Position numbers and translations under genes: made by a program. From Polymyxa betae A26-41 (taxonomy: Eukaryota > Protista > Endomyxa: Phytomyxea), in NCBI GenBank assembly GCA_003693705.1, contig RBZT01000500.1:1-64000 (forward strand): DNA of 64,000 nt, written 5' to 3'. Under the pieces are notes generated by a model that was not told the origin of the DNA, did not search any database, and was given only the letters and a program-made list of their open reading frames with translations. This document shows, piece by piece, positions 13,398 through 25,909 of this stretch (positions are counted from its first letter, which is position 1; every line of letters begins with the position of its first letter).

Positions 13398-14234
13398 ATG
13401 TTGCATATTATCATGGTAAAGGCGACCTGGTCGCCATCGGTGGTTCTCCTATTCACTTCTATCCTATTATTATGCAACGTTAATGGCGACTCGAATTTAT
13501 CGCTGAACCACGAAGGCCTGGAATCAGCCGAAGGCGCGAAACATTTGGATCTACATGACAAGGCAGATGTTGCGATGCATGGAGTCAACACTCTGGCAAA
13601 CAAAGGAAAAGATAAATCCACAACTACGACGCAGGCTGTCTTAACAGCAACTATGAACGCCAAAGATAAGCATCAAGATTCATATTCGCATCTGCACGAT
13701 AATGCTCATGAAACCGATTTTGGAGCCGACCATGACGTGCTATTGGGAAACGAAGCCATAGCAGGGCATGAAAACGATGATGAAGGTGTAGACTACATCG
13801 ATCCTGAGCATTATGTGTATCATGAGTATCCACATGAAGATCACACACATGGTTATGATGGATATCCAGGAGAATACATCTACAGCGATGGTCACCCTGG
13901 TCACGTCCTTCACAGCCCAATGGTACATGCTGGAATTCATGGGTCAGTACATCCTTCTGTTCATGACCACCATACCCAAGGGCTTCATCACCAACATTTC
14001 GTTGATGGTGGGTTCGTGCCAACTATGCACCATGACAACATGCACTTCGTTCCCGATCACGGTTTTGGTGCTCCCGACCATGACTTTCATCATGGTGCGG
14101 TGCCTCATAGCGCTCATGCCAGGCGGCGATACTTTGTCAGGCCAGCCCAGACTAACGAAGTTGCCTTCGTTCCGCATTCTGATTTCAACGATGGCCACGA
14201 TATACCTTGGGTTGCAGCTGGCGATTTCCACTAA
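13398..14234 (+). CDS. His-rich secreted protein (family member 4, tandem paralog of member 3)
   Basis: Signal peptide (likely ATG near 13413); near-identical core KGKDKSTTTTQAVLTATMNAKDKHQDSYSHLHDNAHETD; His/Gly/Pro-rich tail. Confidence 0.85.
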   Translation: MLHIIMVKATWSPSVVLLFTSILLLCNVNGDSNLSLNHEGLESAEGAKHLDLHDKADVAMHGVNTLANKGKDKSTTTTQAVLTATMNAKDKHQDSYSHLHDNAHETDFGADHDVLLGNEAIAGHENDDEGVDYIDPEHYVYHEYPHEDHTHGYDGYPGEYIYSDGHPGHVLHSPMVHAGIHGSVHPSVHDHHTQGLHHQHFVDGGFVPTMHHDNMHFVPDHGFGAPDHDFHHGAVPHSAHARRRYFVRPAQTNEVAFVPHSDFNDGHDIPWVAAGDFH

Positions 14235-14320
14235 TATTCTGTCACGGTCGCCTTTAATAAATTCGATTCCACATTTAATTCGCTTCGAACATTGTCGAGC
14301 TAGCATCTATGCATAGTGGG

Positions 14321-14846
14321 CTAATTCTTGAAATCGGAATTAGGCTGGGAATCAAATTCGAATTGATTCGCCAAACTGTCAAGATGTCTTTGAGCACAAC
14401 AATGGAGAAGCGATTCAAACGATTGCGAATCACCAGGAGATTCGGCCACTTTAGCAAACGCGTTTGAGCATTGGCCATTGCTAGAATAGTCTCTAATCAA
14501 AGAATCAATGGCTTTCTCACTTGTGCTGTTTGCACATTCCGATGCAATAATCTGGGCATTTTGGCAATCTTCATCATTAGCACGGTCAGCAGCAGCACAT
14601 TTCTCCAGCAATCTAATTTGTTGATGGCAATTTTGTACGATTTTTGCACTAAGAGCTAAGCCAATCTCGCTTTCTATCTTAGACCATCAGACACAGAAAG
14701 CTCAGAAAATTCCGGATACCTTTCTTTTGCTTCATGGTAGGGACAGTGTCTAGCAGCATGAAAGCTCGCCTCTCCAGGATCTCTTGAATATATTCGCTTA
14801 CATGCGACGGCTGCGACGACGGCTGCGACGACGCCTCCATAGTCAT
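14321..14846 (-). CDS. Small twin-CX9C-motif protein
   Basis: Spliced product ...KQKKALSAKIVQN-CHQQIRLLEKC-x10-CQNAQIIASEC... contains two CX9C motifs. Confidence 0.6.
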
Positions 14847-15269
14847 GACGGTAACTGAAATGCCGAAGGCGCATAGCGCGTCTTCAGTCCGCTCATGTCT
14901 CAACAACCATAGAAACGATTATGTCTCGATAGATTAGATAGCTGTTAATTCTTCAAGCAGAGAATGACATGGCACTGCTAAGTGGCACGGGTGTGGAACG
15001 AAACCCCTATGGATGAAGCCCAGCCAGCAGTGCAAACGATGACTTACAATAATGGACTGAAACAGTCAATTGGGCAGCCAGCGGCCTCACACACGACCAG
15101 TGGCGGTTTCAACTGAAGACAACCCCCCCCCCCCCATCAGTATGCTAAATGAGAGAGCCCATCTATCGCTCCATTTAGTGGCGATTCGTTACGGAGTTGA
15201 GCGTCATTGCACATTTGAGAGGGTCTTCGTGAGACCTCGTTCGCGGGCGCATTCCAGGCTCACGGCGAC

Positions 15270-18200
15270 GATGCCGCGACGAACTGGCCCTCATGCAGCG
15301 TCGGCGAATGTCAGCATAGCTCGCGTTTGCCAGGCCGTGCTTCAGCGCTCCCAAAACGTTCCAATGTAGTCAGCCCAGTAGCTCATCCGTGTTTTGTCAT
15401 ACTGACACTAGATCAGATGCGAGGATGTAGATAAACGCTATATTATCTATGACTATTTATGCTCTGTACGGTATCGACTGCTACGAATTTTGATGATTAT
15501 CCAATGGGTATCCCGGTCGAAAGCGCCGCTGGAGCAGCTGACGATTCTGAATGACTACATCGATGAGAAAAATCGCATATACCGTAGATATGCTCATCGA
15601 TTATGCATTCAGGCAGCACAGATTGAACAGAATTTGTATTTCAATTTACTGCTTTGGGAAGCGTGATCTTATTACAATGGCAGATACCCAGCTTGGGATG
15701 TTGAGACGGCCATGCATCTGCTTTGCCATGGACGGTATCCCTGGTTCTCTGTTAAGTCTGTAAGTTGGCCTGATGTGATTCTCCCAAGGCGTAACATAAC
15801 ACAAGCACGATGTCGTAGAGACGGTCGCCATCGAGGCGCGAATTGCTGTCACGAATGGATGCTTTGATACATCGGGAGCTCGCTTGCAACCGTCTCTCTA
15901 GAGAATTATGCTTGGCAGAGCGAAAGTTAGCTGACGGTCGGCTGAAGTTCAGGGTTGGTGATGATTTCACCATGACGTTGACTCTGAGGATTCATAACGA
16001 AAAGTTGGTGATGACTCTGCAGATTAAGTGGACCCTTGCTAATATTTTGGGTAGAAGGTTGCATAGTTTGTACTGGTACGTTTTGGATTTGCATTATAAA
16101 GACAAGCCAAGGAATACGGCACTGGAACAAGATTGCAATCGACTGCTTTTTGAGCACACCTCGCCAGAAACTGCTTTAACGTCCTTGCTGTCTCATCTGC
16201 GCCATCATTCCGATAGAGAACGCTTCAAAATTCTTCAACAGGTAATGCATTTCCCAACACCAAATACTATCGGAACCGATTTCTTCAGGACGCTGCCCCT
16301 CTTTCTGATAAACATGCTTATATCAACGTTAAAGTAGTGCCTGGCAATTCGGTATTGGAAATCCATTATTGGCAGCTGGAGAAGAGCTTTCTTCCTGTGA
16401 AAGGGCACATCACTAAGTTCAGCTCGTGCGTTATTGCTTGCTCTCAGTCTGATTGATTGTTTGATCAGTGACGAAAAGGCGCAGCCGAACAGTGCTGTCA
16501 TCAGGATCTCATCAGATCCTCCAGCAGTGCTGCACATTCCATATTTTGTTGGGGCCACCGCTAGTATCTCGCTTTCACAGCCGCTCTCTGAAATTGTTCG
16601 GACCATCATAGAGCGTCGAATGATTTACAGAATTAACGAGCTTTCCTTATTACTGCAGTCATCCTCTGCTGAAATGATCTGCTGGGATCAGCTTATTGTA
16701 CTGGACAAGGTTTTGCGTATCTTCGTATTTGCCCCTGGCAAAACGGTATACTGATACATGTGACTTTGATCAAGTTGTTGTGCTAAGAGGTTTGGCTAGG
16801 TCACATTCCCGGATGGGTTCCTTGTAGAAATTTCCGTAAATCATGAGTCTGGAGCCTTCCAGCTCACATCGCCGTATGCTTACAGGAGTCCATTCTGGCA
16901 TCGACTGTTAAACAAGTTGACAATGCATTTGAATTCCTCGATATCAAAGATGCACCAGGTTCTATTGGCAGTTTGTATGAACGCTCTTATTGAGCATTTC
17001 GCTTTGCTTGCCTCGTAAGAAATCGGGAGTTTGGAATACGGTTTATTTATTTTACCTTAGGATTTCCGGATTTGACGCTTTAAGAAAATGTCCCACTGCT
17101 GATTTGCACTCATTGTGTGTACGAATCCCGAGGTTCTCCTCTCAAGGTCTTTTTATAGAGCTTGGGCAGCATGAGGTGGAGTTCAGACTCTGCTCCGATA
17201 TTCATGGCGCCAGATCGCCAGAGACTATCGAACAACTCAGCTTGCATTCTTTGTTTGCTTTGGACTCGAACATTGCCTATAGGTACTGCTCCTGTTGATC
17301 TTGTTTGGCTTATATCCTGAATGGTATCGGCTTTCTAGGCGAAGCAAATCTCATTCGGCATCGGACAAAGAAAACCCGCTTTTTTATCAGTATTTGAGCG
17401 ATATTTCCCAGATCACTCCTGTTATGTTTAGTAGTATAGTCCAGTCTTGTCAAAATCGAATCATTTTACGATATCTATTGAGAAATATGTGTGTAATCAA
17501 TCTATCTTTATTTGCAACAATTCATCTTTGTGTATAGTGAACCGACTCAATATGTATTCTGCAAAAGCAGCCTGATCTGCTGGAAACTCGATAAGTACCG
17601 TGATATGAACAGTCCCTCTCCGCTCTATGTGTTATTGTCTGTTCGAGACGGGGATCTCTGGACAGCAAAATTCGACTGTTCAGGGTTGAAAGGTTACTAT
17701 ACATCAGCTCTTCCTTACTTCAATGAAACTCCAGGTAACTGGATCGGGCCAACATCTTTGTTGACTGATTTCCAGCAGGATTCTCTGTCAATCCTAATCG
17801 GAAACACATGGAGATTTCGTATCCTATTGAAAATCTTCTTTCGCTTCAGTCCAGTGCTCTTGCCCAATGTCGAACCGATATACTGACTTTTCTACAAATG
17901 GCCCATCTCGTTTCGCAGTTCTTATCGCTCAAAGCTCTTGCTGGTAATACTTTTGTTGTTGTTCTATGCACGATTCTGAAAACCCTGAAGATGATGAAAA
18001 GTTCAAAGCATTTCAGCATTTCCAGTTAGCAGCTTTGTTCCATAAAAAGGCGTACTTTAAACTGCCGACTGGTCTAACATTAGTCATTGCAACATATGTT
18101 GTTAATGACAATTTCTACTATTCTCTCCAATTCTTGCCTAGAGCACTTCCTCATCGGTTTGGATAGTCAAATCGCCGAAAAATGTCCCAAACTAAACACG

Positions 18201-19480
18201 GTTGCAGGCAATATTTGGAGCATTTGCTGAATGCTAATGCAGATGGTCTTTTGCAGCTCTTTACTGTGCTGTATGAGTCGGAGGAACTCGTCAATGCAAC
18301 AATCGACTTTGTATGGGTATATTCTTTGGAATTTAACTCTTATATCGTTGCATTTTAGGTTCAATCGGTGGACGTCATTGACTACATCTCTCCAGATATT
18401 GACGTCGTACCGGAATCTCCAAACTGGTTACGGGTTGTATTTCGGAGTGGGAAACTCTCTGTCCATTCCTGGGTTGACCTTATTTATCTCCCCGGTTCGA
18501 TATATCGCTGCAATTAAATGGTTTCTAAACGATCTGTAGACAAAAGTGTTCGTGTGGAAACGGTGCCCCGGTCAGAAGAACCAATACGCTGCAGAGATCG
18601 ACAGCAACTGTTACAAGTTCTTTCGGATTGGAAAGCAAAATGTTTTAGGTTCGTTTGCGTTCTCTGCATCGTACTTTTGCCTTATCTTTTTAGTTTTGCT
18701 GAATACACTGGCGTACACGAGTTACTGAGAAGGAAAGAGAGTAACAACGATATGTCTCAGTGGTGTGATAACGGAGTGGAATTCAAGATCAGTGAAGAGG
18801 TAATTGGGCATCGTGCAGTTGAGTTCATAGATTCTTACAAGTTGCACGTTCAGGGTCGATCCTTTATAGGAATCGGCATTCCTAATCCTGAATATAGCAC
18901 CGTTCAGCAATACGCTGCTGTATTTGCAGTTGGAAGTAGGCTGACTGGTTTAGCGAGGATTTGTTATTCGCCTTCTGTTAGCTTTCAGCAATCCATATCA
19001 ATTTTCAGGTAAATTTATCGAGTTTTGGAATCGTGATCGTTAATCCTGATGCAGGGCAATTCAACTACAGTCGCCCCAGTTGCTTAAATGTGAATTGATG
19101 CTTCAGTGTAAGTTACCTTGGGCATATTCACACGCAACTCAAGTGCTTGCACTTTGTATCGCTTTTGGTGACACGGTTAGTTTCCTATTCACTGGGGTTT
19201 TAGCTGAATCATGCATCATAGGAAACAGGAACGTGTGTATTACGGTTGCAGATGGCCATGAACACCCATACTATTTCTCTATACGGGAAAGACTCGGATA
19301 CCATTCTGCTGAATCAGTATTTGGAAGACTGGGATAAGTCTTCATTTGGATCTGCAATCCTTCTGCTTAGGAGAAGGTCTCTAATAGAATTAGCAATGCT
19401 TAGAAATAAATGACTCAACAATTATCGCTTATTTGCTTGGATTCAGGATGTAGCAACATGTACAATGAGAGGACGCTAAA
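15270..19480 (+). CDS. MED14: Mediator subunit 14-like (Rgr1), many exons; ends approximate
   Basis: N-terminal DKRYIIYDYLCSVRYRLLRILMIIQW and KLADGRLKFRVGDDFTMTLTL resemble the Med14 N-domain. Continuous chain of short-intron exons to ~19480. Confidence 0.65.
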
Positions 19481-19560
19481 ATTCTTATAACGAAAATCCA
19501 ATCTTGGTATTTATCATATTCGCAACGTGTTTGAGAAGGCATAACTTATGTCAGCGGTCA

Positions 19561-19633
19561 TCGCCTGTAGGTCAGAGGTTAGACTGCCGTCCTTCTAAGT
19601 CGGAGGTCGGGGGTTCAAATCCCCCCAGGCGAG
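19561..19633 (+). tRNA. tRNA-Arg (anticodon UCU), intronless
   Basis: Acceptor TCGCCTG/CAGGCGA; anticodon loop CT-TCT-AA (19594-19596); T-arm GGGGG-TTCAAAT-CCCCC; 73 nt. Confidence 0.92.
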
Positions 19634-19642
19634 TTTTTTTTT
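19634..19642 (+). terminator. RNA polymerase III terminator (T-run)
   Basis: T9 run immediately after the tRNA discriminator base. Confidence 0.8.
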
Positions 19643-19828
19643 GCATTGTAATAAGTACCAAATTTGTTGATTCACGTTGAAGTTCCGGTTCAAACGGAAG
19701 ATAGTATCGGAATATGGCACTGGAAGTCCGTGACGGGGAATTATCCGCTTCGCCTCGGATCCAGTCTGCTCTGATTCCAGACTCAACATTGAGACCAAGC
19801 TGTGAAATTATTCTACCCGACACCCAAG

Positions 19829-21042
<1,214 letters not shown>

Positions 21043-21270
21043 ATGTATATGCCTAACCCAATATGCGTCATTGAGGTTCCGTATCACTAGATAATACAAA
21101 CCAACATGAACAATCAAACCCGTAACGGTTTTCTCGAATAGCCTCACTGCAGAACACCAGGAACGTAGTCTTAAACTTATAATTTTAAAACAATATCTTT
21201 GACAGAAACTATATAATGCCGCGATCCTTGTAGATGTAGTCAAACACTGCCAGTGGATCAAACAGAGCGC

Positions 21271-22662
21271 TCAGGACTCTTCTATGCCGTCGAATTCTAT
21301 GACACCAGTCTCTTCACCGAACTCGTCGTGCAACACGAGACGAGGTTGACCTCCATCTGTCATCAAAACTGGATTGGCACCAGCGATGAATCGTTCGATT
21401 ATCCTTTGAGACAGACGAGCCTCGTCTGACACAGGCTCGGGAGCAGGAGACATTTGGCCATGCTCATCAACCCATTTCGCAACGTGATCCTTGGCTTCTT
21501 CTGCGAATCCAGCCTCTTCACAAAACCGGTAAAATGATGACATAAATGTGCTATTCTGGATGAAGAAGTCAGCTCGAAATTCCACTATAATAATTGACTT
21601 ACTTCTGGGAAGATAGGGCCGAACTCAATTGTAGGCTTTTCGCGATGAAATTCCTGCCCATCTCCAAACACGAGCAATGCTGCTGACATGTTATCTTTGC
21701 TGCCAGAATCTGCAAAAAAAAGATGAGTTAGACGTACGGCATCTCACACAAATACCTAAAGCGGCCTTGAGAAGCTGATCGACAGTTTCCAGAGGATCTC
21801 CTGTTCGGTTCAGGACATCACAGACAGTGTGATGAACTTCAAGGTCTGACATTCGTTCGAATATGCCATCGCAAGCTACTAGCAGATAGCCATTATCGAG
21901 ATGACTGTTGATAGCACGTCGTGTGATATCAGGAACTGATATGACTTTCTGCTCGTCCATTTTCAAATCCGGATTGCACTTATACTTCCAGTCGCCGATC
22001 GCTCGAGACAGGGCAAGGTCGCCATCAACACGATCGCCTGCAACAAAGCCACCGGCCTTCAGGATACGTGCCATCTCTTGTTGTAGACCAGGTTTATGGT
22101 CGGTTGTTAACGTATCGAACGTATCTTTATGGTCTTCGGAACGATAACCCCAGAGCGCCCTAGAATCGCCCGTGTTGCAAACCGTGATGGCCACAGAATT
22201 TGGAATCTGTCAAAATCGTTAGATTGTGACGACCGAATTAGGAATACACATTACGAATTCAATGATAGCAAAGACACATGTCGTGCCGTGTTCGCGATTA
22301 GCGTTATCAGGCGAGCAAAATTCGAAATCAAATGCATCGATTGCCCTTCGAAGAGTCTCATCTGACCAGTCTGGAAGCAGGTCGATCTTATGTGCGAGCG
22401 TCTCAGCACAGAATTTCGAAGCGGCTTGGCCGCCATGTCCATCATAAACACCAATGAAAGCGGCATGTGGATGCAGTGGCATTTTCAAAACGACGGTATG
22501 AGCATCCTAATGGAAATTTCACTCTCAAACCAGATTTCAAGAAGGCTGCCTTCAAACCTCCATAGAAACCCTGAATCCACACATCGATGCAACGGCGACT
22601 TTTGATCGCTCATTGCCATAGCATTCATGGACTCGGGCACGGATCGGATGCGATAACCCCAT
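21271..22662 (-). CDS. PP2C (PPM) family protein phosphatase
   Basis: GFRVSMEDAH, GVYDGHGG, NTGDSRA, DHKP, LALSRAIGD, ACDGIFE, SKDNM. Confidence 0.93.
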
Positions 22663-22950
22663 TTGAGATTAGAAGTCTGTGGACGGGGACGTCAAAGTTG
22701 AAGTTCCGTCCGACAGAAGACGTTCGTTTAAAGTGTCGACGACAATGACAACGACGACAACTAACAGGTAGAGAAATGACGAAGGCGGAAGACAGCAGCT
22801 GCGGGCGGCACCCCACGCCCTCGGTTCGGGAAGTGATCACCCGTATGGAAGAAGGCCGCGCATTTAACATGGCCGACCGATACAAGTCGTATATCAAGCG
22901 GAGCCTCGTTCAGCCATTTTGAATTGCGTTTGGGACTCTCTATATTGGGC

Positions 22951-23230
22951 GGTTCCCATTTGCTTTCCAGGCTGATATTTGATGAACAGCGGTTCCCATC
23001 TGCTTTCCAGGCTGATATTTGATGAACACCGGTTCCCATCGGCGTTCCAAGCTGATATTCAATGAATATCGGTTCCCATCTGCTTTACAGGCTGATATTT
23101 GATGAATAGCGGTTCCCATCTGCTTTACAGGCTGATATTTGATGAATAGCGGTTCCCATCTGCTTTCCAGGTTGATATTCAATGAATATCGGCTCCCGAT
23201 TGCTTTCCAGGCTGATATTTGATGAATAGC
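22951..23230. repeat. 40-bp minisatellite, 7 copies
   Basis: Unit ggttcccatctgctttccaggctgatatttgatgaatagc at 22951, 22991, 23031, 23071, 23111, 23151, 23191. Confidence 0.95.
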
Positions 23231-23471
23231 CGTTCGCGTTCTTCATACGACTTGCTGGATGCCGCATAGTAATATCGTATGGCAAGCTTGTGTAATATTT
23301 TCATTGGTTTTCAAAGTAAAAGTAAACGATCGCCGTTCTGGTGTCAGTTATCGTCATGCGATTGGCTAAAGGGGTATTGAATTGAGTTAGTCAAAAAGCA
23401 TCTGTATACACAGGGAATAGTTGTAGATCTTGATTATCTAGAATGTTCTAGAAGTCGGTCAGCAAGCAGGT

Positions 23472-24788
23472 TTATTGACCGTCAGATTTGTAAACGTGAC
23501 TAATTATGAAATCAGCAATAGCATCAATTCCTCGTTGTGAAATCGCTCCGAACCAGGAGCTGATTAACGGTGTGATATGCGGCGCCATGTTTTCCTTGAC
23601 GATTTTCGTGTCTGTACTCTGCTGCGTTCGCAAACGCTCCACGAATCTGTCGATCTCCGGTGTCATGAACTCCTCTGCCCCATAGTGAACTAGGATTGGG
23701 CACGTCTTGCTAAAATCTCCTGTTGCTGGCGATGCGAATGGATTTGCCGTATCCCTGCTTGGATCTGGAAGATAGTTTCGTACGAAGTGCACCAATTGCA
23801 AAGCCGTGATGAAATCCGACTCTCGGTTTCGTTTGTCGTACTCATCGTCGAGGTTGGCGACTAGCTCCACCCAAGGCGATATTGCAATGGCAATGTCTGG
23901 ATACGGACCATTCTTCACGTCAACGTCGTCACTGGTTTTACTATACTCTGAATTGCAAATGGAACATCAGTGTCGCCAAGCCTGCTCTGCTATTGATTTA
24001 CCTTGTTTCAGATCAAGGATCGTGGAGAGAACCAGGTTTCCTCCGGCTGATTCACCCAATACGATCAACTTTCTATTTGGGAAAGTCTCTCGTAAGTACT
24101 TAAAGGCAGCAACGCTCTCCTTAATCTGTGATGGGAACTAGCATCATGTCTGATCATGCGATAGTTAGAAAAGCAAAGTAAAGACCTTGGCTTCTGGAGC
24201 TCGTTTGTATTCCAATGCAAAAACAAGGATGTTCTTCTGAGTTCGCTTTCTGACATTCTGCATGATTTCGTGAATCCCGGATAAGTATGTTAAGGCTGTA
24301 CACATACAAAATCCTCCGCCTGTATATACATCCTTAGAACAAACGATTCGAGTTTTAAGCCGTCGACCATGAATGTATAGAACAATGGGATCGTTCCCTG
24401 TTTCGGGAACATCACCAATCCAGTAACCAGAAAAGCCGCTTGCTTGGAATGGCGTTGTTTGGATTCGCTTTAACAACGACTTGTTGGCACTTTTGGTGAT
24501 GGTGATCTCGATGTCCCTGGATATCTTCATGTCGTTCTCTAGCAAATAACGAAAACAGTTCACTCCAATTTCCATCTTTATAGTCCATCCGTCAACAATG
24601 GGCTGTGAACAATGTGGTTTAGATCAAGCATTCTGCAGATTTGTATTCTCCATGCTTACTTTTCTTCTGAATAGACGCTTGATAGGAACAGCTAGCACTT
24701 GCCCCAAGTTGTACAGAACGATTCTGGGCAATTTTTTTTTCGGTAGCGGGGGCAGCTGATCGCTTTTGAGGCCCTCATAGTGTGCCAT
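23472..24788 (-). CDS. Alpha/beta hydrolase, HSL/GDXG esterase family
   Basis: LYIHG-GGF oxyanion motif (split by an intron), LEYKRAPE, GESAGGNL nucleophile elbow, ISPWV, C-terminal catalytic His region. Confidence 0.9.
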
Positions 24789-25909
24789 TCTGAGATAACA
24801 AATGATGGTACCTATACCATCAACGCGTCACATAAACTGAGCGATCATGTCGCCTAATTATGGTGGATGCAGTTTCTGTACCCCATGTGACTGACAGCCG
24901 GTCATTCACCCCATTCTGGGGCAATCTGCATGAGATGGTGGTACCCGGATCCGTGAGGGTACCGGCATTGCCGGAGTAGTAAGCCGAATCTGGAGTAGGC
25001 GGCTTTCCAACGAATCTTATGCAGTTCTGGATTCGTGAAGATAATTGCAATTCCATGCCGCTTTTATAGTTGGCGACAACTTTATGAAAATCGGACCCCG
25101 GAAAACTACCTAGATCAACCGAGCTCACTTGCTCATGACGATCGGAGTCAGCCAGATATCATATGTTGGCCAAGATTCCACCGACTGCGGAAGTCATCAT
25201 GGAGCTATAGGGCATCTCTAATGATTCTGAATGTCACAGATCCAGGGTATGTCGTAACTACATGTCATACTACACAACTGTTTTAGTACAGGTTCAACAA
25301 TCACTCCCATTATTATGAACAGGCCAAAATGTGCTAAACTTTTCAGATTCTCGAAGGAATGAGATATATATCTGCATGCTGGATCTGAAATTCAACTGTG
25401 ACTCTGACAATTCATGTCGACTGGGGCTACATTCAACACTAAAACTGTTGGCATTTGCACGTATCCATATTTCGACTCCAATTTCATTCCTTCATGTAAG
25501 TGTTTTGTGTTTCAATTTTTTCAATCAGATTCCGATTCCAAGTATGCAGGACGAGGTATGATTATGAGAACATATGCTGTACCTCCCCAACATTGCCGGA
25601 TTTACAGAATAAAATCATCGCATTTATTTGCTTGACCGTATACCCATGTAGTAATAGACTTATAGTCAAGAAATCCGAAAGAAAATTAGTCTCACCATTT
25701 ACGATAAGAGGTAGCGCTCAAGCCTTCAAGTAACTTTGAAATATTTGCTGATTTTCTAGAATGCTGATCAAAGCCAGTACAAGGCCAGGTCAGTTCGAAT
25801 TCGGTTGAATTTAAGAGACATTGAAAGCAGAAATCCATGCAATACACTTCCTCTACAGATACAGTTAATAACTGGTAACCCATGCAAGAGGCCTTCATAC
25901 CGGAATGTG

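Noticed and set aside
1204-14316. Met/Ile/Val/Thr-rich overlapping and antisense ORFs over the His-rich genes
   Set aside because: They are shadow frames of CAT/GAT-rich codons, with no independent coding evidence.
19591-19599. Reading the tRNA anticodon as CUA (amber suppressor)
   Set aside because: Stem geometry gives the 7-nt loop CTTCTAA with TCT at positions 34-36.
9964-19783. Shared upstream motif TTCCAGACT before SEL1L (9964) and PRMT1 (19775)
   Set aside because: Only two exact copies at different distances; cannot be told from chance without genome-wide statistics.
22951-23230. CRISPR array
   Set aside because: Units are head-to-tail with no unique spacers, there are no cas genes, and the context is eukaryotic.
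24820-25900. Short ORFs and a small GGTACCC...GGGTACC inverted repeat between the hydrolase and membrane protein genes
   Set aside because: No coherent exon chain, domain or element boundaries could be supported.
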